Assembly: GCA_043819075.1 (NCBI GenBank)
Contig: JBDRFE010000053.1
Coordinates: 1-12,903, forward strand
DNA length: 12,903 nucleotides
Reading direction: 5' to 3'
From: an archaeon
GTDB lineage: Archaea; Iainarchaeota; Iainarchaeia; Iainarchaeales; 1-14-0-10-31-34
Positions 8,764 to 12,903 of this stretch are shown piece after piece (positions within the stretch are counted from its first letter, which is position 1; each line of letters begins with the position of its first letter). Made by a program: the position numbers and the translations under genes. Below the pieces are notes generated by a model. It was not told the DNA's origin. It saw only the letters and a program-made list of their open reading frames with translations, and ran no database searches.

Positions 8764-8834
8764 AAACCAATAAGTGTTTATTGTTAAAAAGAGTTTTATT
8801 TGCTTTTTTTTGCAAAATCAGCTAGCTGAGTTAT

Positions 8835-8981
8835 CTATTCTTTTATTACTGTAATTCCCATTTTTTTGTGGCAAAGTTCGTGTTCTTCATTGTCTTTTTC
8901 GTCATAATCTTTATGCTTTTTATGCCATTCGTCATGCTCTTTTTTGGTAATAACAATATTTTTCTTAGGTTTTTTGTCCAT
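8835..8981 (-). CDS. 48-aa His-rich microprotein (not in ORF track)
   Basis: Hand translation: MDKKPKKNIVITKKEHDEWHKKHKDYDEKDNEEHELCHKKMGITVIKE-TAG; starts 17 nt after the ATPase stop, with purine-rich GAGAG upstream. Confidence 0.7.
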   Translation of the reverse strand: MDKKPKKNIVITKKEHDEWHKKHKDYDEKDNEEHELCHKKMGITVIKE

Positions 8982-8998
8982 ATTATCTCTCTATAAAA

Positions 8999-10294
8999 TC
9001 ACTCAGTGAAAGCCGAAGCAGTCATTCCTCCGTCCCAGGAAAAACGAGGGCGGATTTTAATCATCCACAAATTCTCTGTATTGTCATCCAAAATTAATGC
9101 AAAGCCTTTAGAGCGCGGCATTTCCTGATAATATTTGTCAAAATTCTGGTGCATATAAGAAGGCCTTAAAGCAGAAACAGCTTCAATGTCTGGCTGGGAA
9201 GTCATTCTATGGGAAATAAATAAATCGCACTGGGAAATACAGTCAGGATGAAGCTTGTCAGGCCTCTGGGTTGCAAGAACTAAACTAAGCCCGGGTTGCC
9301 TGCCAACTCTCACCCACTCCAACAAAACTTTTAATGCAATGCTTTCCCTGTCTTTTGGCATAAACATATGAGCTTCATCTATTAACATCCAGACAATAGG
9401 CATATCACTTTCTTTTTTTTCGCCTTGGATTAATTTAATTTCTTCTTCTTTTCTGTAAAGCATTCTTTCTTCAAACAATTTTTTTCCAATCAAAGCAACA
9501 ATTATTTCTCTAGTGCCCTCCATTCCAATGGATTGCCTGTAAGCAGAAACATCAATTATAGTGATTTTTCCCGGCTCTGCAAGGTCTCTTATTTTTGTTC
9601 CTTCTTTTTCAAACAAGCCCCAGCTTTCAGCAACCTTTAATCTTCCGATTATTGCATCTCTAGCATTTTTGTCTGAATTCTTGTCTGATTCAACTGCAGA
9701 AATAATTTTCTTGATGTCATATAATGTTCCAAGTTTTTCTTTAACTGAATCAATTGTCCGAGAAAGCAATACCCCTTCAGGCTCTTTCCAGGTTAAATTA
9801 AACAAGGCAAGCCATTCCTCTGATTCAAGCTCTGAAACCTTTAAAGTAAATGCTCCGTCCACAGGAATCTTTTTTTCTCTATAAAAAGAAAGCTTTCCTT
9901 TTGGAACCAAAACCCTTGCATCAGTTTTATCCGGAGCCAAATCCCAGTTAAATAATTCAGCTTTTTCTTCTTTGTTCGGCACCTTTAAAGTCCAGAAGAT
10001 TCCAACAGTATCTATTGCAATAACTGAAATCCTTTTTCTGATGTGAACAGGCTGTCTTGCAAATTCTTCCAATAAAACTGCGATGTCATATGACTTTCCA
10101 CCGCCACGTTTTCCGCAGATTAAAACAACGTGTGGTTTTGCAATATCAAGCAAAATTTTTCTTCCAAGAACAGGCCTTTCGCCAGAGCTCATTACAATTT
10201 TTCCAATGTAGGCAGTGCCTTTTTCCCTGTATTTTTCTAAGTCATTTAAGCTTCTTCCAAGCACAGTGTGTTTTTCAGAAAAATCTATTGCCAT
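8999..10294 (-). CDS. HerA/FtsK-superfamily ATPase (DUF87 type)
   Basis: Walker A GKRGGGKS, Walker B WMLIDEAH, arginine-finger region GRQPG, LVLATQRP; likely start MAIDFS at 10294, which avoids overlap with the divergent gene. Confidence 0.9.
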   Translation of the reverse strand: MAIDFSEKHTVLGRSLNDLEKYREKGTAYIGKIVMSSGERPVLGRKILLDIAKPHVVLICGKRGGGKSYDIAVLLEEFARQPVHIRKRISVIAIDTVGIFWTLKVPNKEEKAELFNWDLAPDKTDARVLVPKGKLSFYREKKIPVDGAFTLKVSELESEEWLALFNLTWKEPEGVLLSRTIDSVKEKLGTLYDIKKIISAVESDKNSDKNARDAIIGRLKVAESWGLFEKEGTKIRDLAEPGKITIIDVSAYRQSIGMEGTREIIVALIGKKLFEERMLYRKEEEIKLIQGEKKESDMPIVWMLIDEAHMFMPKDRESIALKVLLEWVRVGRQPGLSLVLATQRPDKLHPDCISQCDLFISHRMTSQPDIEAVSALRPSYMHQNFDKYYQEMPRSKGFALILDDNTENLWMIKIRPRFSWDGGMTASAFTE

Positions 10295-10393
10295 AGTCTC
10301 TGTAATAAAATAATGAACCTTAATTAAATAGTTTTGTTTCACCGGAAACAAGGCTTAATAATCATTAAAAACTCTTTCAACCAGAAATCTTTT

Positions 10394-10966
10394 ATGGAAT
10401 ACATTGTTTTAGACACAGAAACCTGCCCGATAAAATTAGAGGGTTACCTGGAGTTAAGCGAAACTGAAAGAAAAAAACTGATTAATCCAATTGACTCAAA
10501 ATTAGTTGCAATAGGATTAAGGCATAATTCAAGAAACATTATATTGCAGGATGAAAACGAAAAAAAAATGTTAGAGGAATTCTGGAAAGAACTGGCTGAA
10601 ATAAAAAAAAAGAAAAAAGAAACAAAAATAGTCGGCTTTAATGTAAAAGACTTTGATTTGCCTGTACTGGTTACAAGAAGCTTCATTAATAATGTGGTAA
10701 TCGAGCCGTTTGTGTTAAAGGATGTAATTGATTTAAGAGAAAAAGTCTCTGCTTTCAGGTACGGCCAGACAAGAGGAAAACTAAAAGAATTTGGAGAATT
10801 CATGGGAATTGAACTGCATGAAATGGATGGCTCTCAAGTAGCAGAAGAATGCATTAAAGGAAACTTTGAAAAAATAAAAGAATACTTAAACAAGGATCTG
10901 GAAATAACTGAAAAAATGCTTAAAAGAATTATTGAAACAAGAATAATTGAAATAGAAAAATGGTAA
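10394..10966 (+). CDS. Stand-alone DEDD 3'-5' exonuclease (RNase H-like fold, YprB/PolB-exo-like)
   Basis: ExoI LDTET, ExoII GFNVKDFD, ExoIII YLNKD; likely start MEYIVLD at 10394. Confidence 0.88.
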   Translation: MEYIVLDTETCPIKLEGYLELSETERKKLINPIDSKLVAIGLRHNSRNIILQDENEKKMLEEFWKELAEIKKKKKETKIVGFNVKDFDLPVLVTRSFINNVVIEPFVLKDVIDLREKVSAFRYGQTRGKLKEFGEFMGIELHEMDGSQVAEECIKGNFEKIKEYLNKDLEITEKMLKRIIETRIIEIEKW

Positions 10967-11347
10967 CCAACTGCCACTGGCGTTGGTGTCAGCGCAGGAC
11001 ATTCGCTTTCGCTCAGTCCAGCTACATTGTCTAATAATTTAAAAGTAGTTGAAGGCGCTTTGCTTTTTGGCAAAGCGCTCCAATGGATTCTGCTAGTTTT
11101 GTTACAGCAACAAAATCATTGATTTTGTTCTGCACTTAAACCTTTTTGGTTTAAGTCGCACCTTTTGGAAAAGGTTTAGGCAAAGGATTTTTTAATTTTA
11201 TGGCAAAAATTTTTTCCTTTTTTTCTTGGTATTGGAAATCAAGGAATTAAGCGTATTTGCGCCAAGCTGAAAACCATAGGGGGTCAAAAGCGGTTTTACA
11301 GCCTGGCACAAATGGTGGGAGTAAGCAAAACTTTTGAGAAAAGTTTT
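10966..11347 (-). ncRNA. Candidate structured RNA or palindromic-element cluster
   Basis: At least eight inverted repeats in the intergenic region; several A/C mismatches on + become G-U pairs on -; GC-GAAA-GC tetraloop on -. No known family recognised. Confidence 0.45.
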
Positions 11348-11360
11348 ATCAAAACCTTTC

Positions 11361-11828
11361 TTACTGCTTAAGGAAATACAAAACTTTTTTTCCTGACTGA
11401 GCTTTTTTGAGGTAGCCTTCCTTGAATAACTTGTTTAATCTCTGCGAGGCAGCGTTGATTCCCTTGTAGTTGAGTTCTTTCTGAATTTCTGTTGCATTAA
11501 CTGCATTCTTTTTTGAAATCAAGTCCATTATTTTTTTGTCTTGGTCTGCAAGCAAAACAAAAGAGTTTTCTTCTTTTGTTTCAGGCAGGCTTTTTGTCTT
11601 GAGTTCAAGCATTATTCTGTCGAATTTGTCGTTGATTTCATTCAGGATTTTGTTTGTTGCTTCTCTTTCCTGTGCCAGCTTAAATAACAGCATTGAAACA
11701 AAGAACGGGTCCTTGCTTTGCTGGAATATCTCATGAATGTCTAAAGTTAGTTCATCGAATTTAGGGGAAAGCTTTTTTGCCTGCTCCCTGCTCTTCAACA
11801 ACTCTTCAAACATATCATGATTATTCAT
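11361..11828 (-). CDS. Coiled-coil plus C-terminal winged-HTH putative transcription regulator
   Basis: C-terminus DKKIMDLI..NAVNATEIQKEL......ASQRLNKL.KEGYL.....GKKV.Y is a wHTH pattern; helical N-terminus. Confidence 0.8.
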   Translation of the reverse strand: MNNHDMFEELLKSREQAKKLSPKFDELTLDIHEIFQQSKDPFFVSMLLFKLAQEREATNKILNEINDKFDRIMLELKTKSLPETKEENSFVLLADQDKKIMDLISKKNAVNATEIQKELNYKGINAASQRLNKLFKEGYLKKAQSGKKVLYFLKQ

Positions 11829-11868
11829 GTCATATCATGATAGTATCATGACATATAAAAGCTTTTCG
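11815..11868 (-). promoter_or_regulatory. BRE/TATA promoter with phased palindromic operator array
   Basis: Minus strand CGAAAAG-C-TTTTATAT about 25 nt before ATG 11828; TCATGA/TCATGT at 11815, 11825, 11835 and 11846. Confidence 0.65.
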
Positions 11869-11921
11869 TCGTCGGATATAAAACTAGCATATATAAAGAA
11901 AAGCAATAAATCAAACCAAAA
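11863..11921 (+). repeat. 59-bp direct repeat, copy 1
   Basis: TTTTCGTCGTCGGATATAAAACTAGCATATATAAAGAAAAGCAATAAATCAAACCAAAA; 57/59 identical to 12348-12406. Confidence 0.95.
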
Positions 11922-11973
11922 GCAACAAAAAACAATTAGAAAAGTTTTTATTTAAATCAAACAATATCAATAC

Positions 11974-12276
11974 ATGGACAAAAAAGAATTTGTAGTTTTT
12001 TCTGTTTTATTTATCATATTATTTTATTTTTCTTCATACTTGTCTGACCCTTATTTGTTTGCATTATGCTCCCCATGCGGTTGTTTTAATTCAATGGGCT
12101 TTCCTTTAACTTTTTCTGAAGAATTACCTTTAATAGCTGAAGAATACAGTTGTGAAACAACAAACAAAGTTGATTTCAATTACCTTACAATAGATTTAAT
12201 TTTCTGGTATGCAGTATCTTTTGCAGCAATTCTGACAGTCAAAAAAATAAGAAACAAAAACCTTACCAAAAAATAA
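11974..12276 (+). CDS. Small two-TM membrane protein with Cys-containing loop
   Basis: Hydrophobic N-terminus, CSPCGC...GFPL.F loop, IDLIFWYAVSFAAIL TM, Lys-rich tail; TATA-like TTTTTATTTAA upstream. Confidence 0.75.
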   Translation: MDKKEFVVFSVLFIILFYFSSYLSDPYLFALCSPCGCFNSMGFPLTFSEELPLIAEEYSCETTNKVDFNYLTIDLIFWYAVSFAAILTVKKIRNKNLTKK

Positions 12277-12347
12277 AAACTGCTTTACTTTCCGGAAAAA
12301 CCCTCATATATAGAATTAATCACTAAAGAAATATAACATAAATATAT

Positions 12348-12406
12348 TTTTCGTTGTCGGATATAAAACTAGCATATATAAAAAAAAGCAATAAATCAAA
12401 CCAAAA
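12348..12406 (+). repeat. 59-bp direct repeat, copy 2
   Basis: Two substitutions relative to 11863-11921. Confidence 0.95.
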
Positions 12407-12409
12407 ATA

Positions 12410-12874
12410 TCAGCATTGTTCCCAACACAAGTTTTGTTCACAGTCTTCTTCGCAAGAAATCAAAACAGCGTTATCTAATCCATATTGAGGCACCATTGTT
12501 TTATCAGTTGAATTCTCAAGACAAACATCATGGTCGCTTTCACTAAAACAATATTCATCTTTAATTACAGTTCCTTCAGCAATCCCTTTTTTACAATATT
12601 TTGGTTTTTCAAATTCATTAAAATTCCAGCAAATATTTTCTAATGTTCGAAAATCAAAAATCCTATTATTTTCTTTTATACATTCATCAAAACCAAAATA
12701 GCCGCTTCCACTAGGGCACAGCCCACCTTCAGGTCTTTCAAACTCAACCTGAACCCTTTCTCCAACATGTTCAGAATAATCAGAAGAATTTATTTTCTTT
12801 GCAGGTTCAATAGTACAACCACTAAAAAGAACTACAATCAAAACAAAAAATAGCAATAAAAATTTTGAATCCAT
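12410..12874 (-). CDS. Cys-rich exported/lipid-anchored hypothetical protein
   Basis: MDSKFLLLFFVLIVVLFSGC lipobox-type signal; many Cys; stop codon 3 nt from the 59-bp repeat. Confidence 0.8.
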   Translation of the reverse strand: MDSKFLLLFFVLIVVLFSGCTIEPAKKINSSDYSEHVGERVQVEFERPEGGLCPSGSGYFGFDECIKENNRIFDFRTLENICWNFNEFEKPKYCKKGIAEGTVIKDEYCFSESDHDVCLENSTDKTMVPQYGLDNAVLISCEEDCEQNLCWEQC

Positions 12875-12903
12875 GCTTAAATTAAGCTTTCTTTATTTTT
12901 AAA

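Noticed and set aside
1..8766. 21-bp repeats as a CRISPR array or integron attC sites
   Set aside because: Spacing is 1.2-4 kb with whole genes between copies, no cas genes are present, and the sites lack the long dyad and R-box pair of attC.
10834..11073. 79-aa minus-strand ORF
   Set aside because: Overlaps the exonuclease antisense and the hairpin region; no start signals or recognisable motif.
11091..11100. AAAACTAGCA (minus strand, between hairpins) matches the 59-bp repeat core; CATTGTCTA near 11025 matches repeat copy 4; considered as RNA-guided recombination
   Set aside because: Matches of 9-10 nt in AT-rich DNA are within chance, and no recombinase is present.
10966..11360. tRNA, SRP RNA or RNase P RNA
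   Set aside because: No cloverleaf or T-loop, no SRP helix-8 motif and no RNase P GAGGAAAGUCC-type motif on either strand.

Overview
AT-rich window that looks archaeal, most like a DPANN-type lineage (inference from BRE/TATA-like promoters about 25 nt before start codons and from ...GC lipobox-type exported proteins). The left 8.8 kb is cut into three unrelated gene modules by four same-orientation intergenic copies of a 21-bp motif (consensus TTAACCTCATCATTGCCTATA). The modules are: P-type IIA ATPase + CBS protein; a Cys-rich lipoprotein; and a ParB/Srx-like protein + frameshift-split GT4/six-hairpin protein + GH130. The right part holds a 48-aa His-rich microprotein missing from the ORF track, a HerA/DUF87 ATPase divergent from a DEDD exonuclease, and a ~390-nt intergenic region of hairpins whose G-U pairing mostly favours the minus strand (candidate structured ncRNA). 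It also holds a wHTH regulator with a phased TCATGA operator array, and a small membrane-protein gene bracketed by 59-bp direct repeats. No recombinase, transposase, tRNA, rRNA or CRISPR array is visible. All family assignments come from motif recognition, not database searches.
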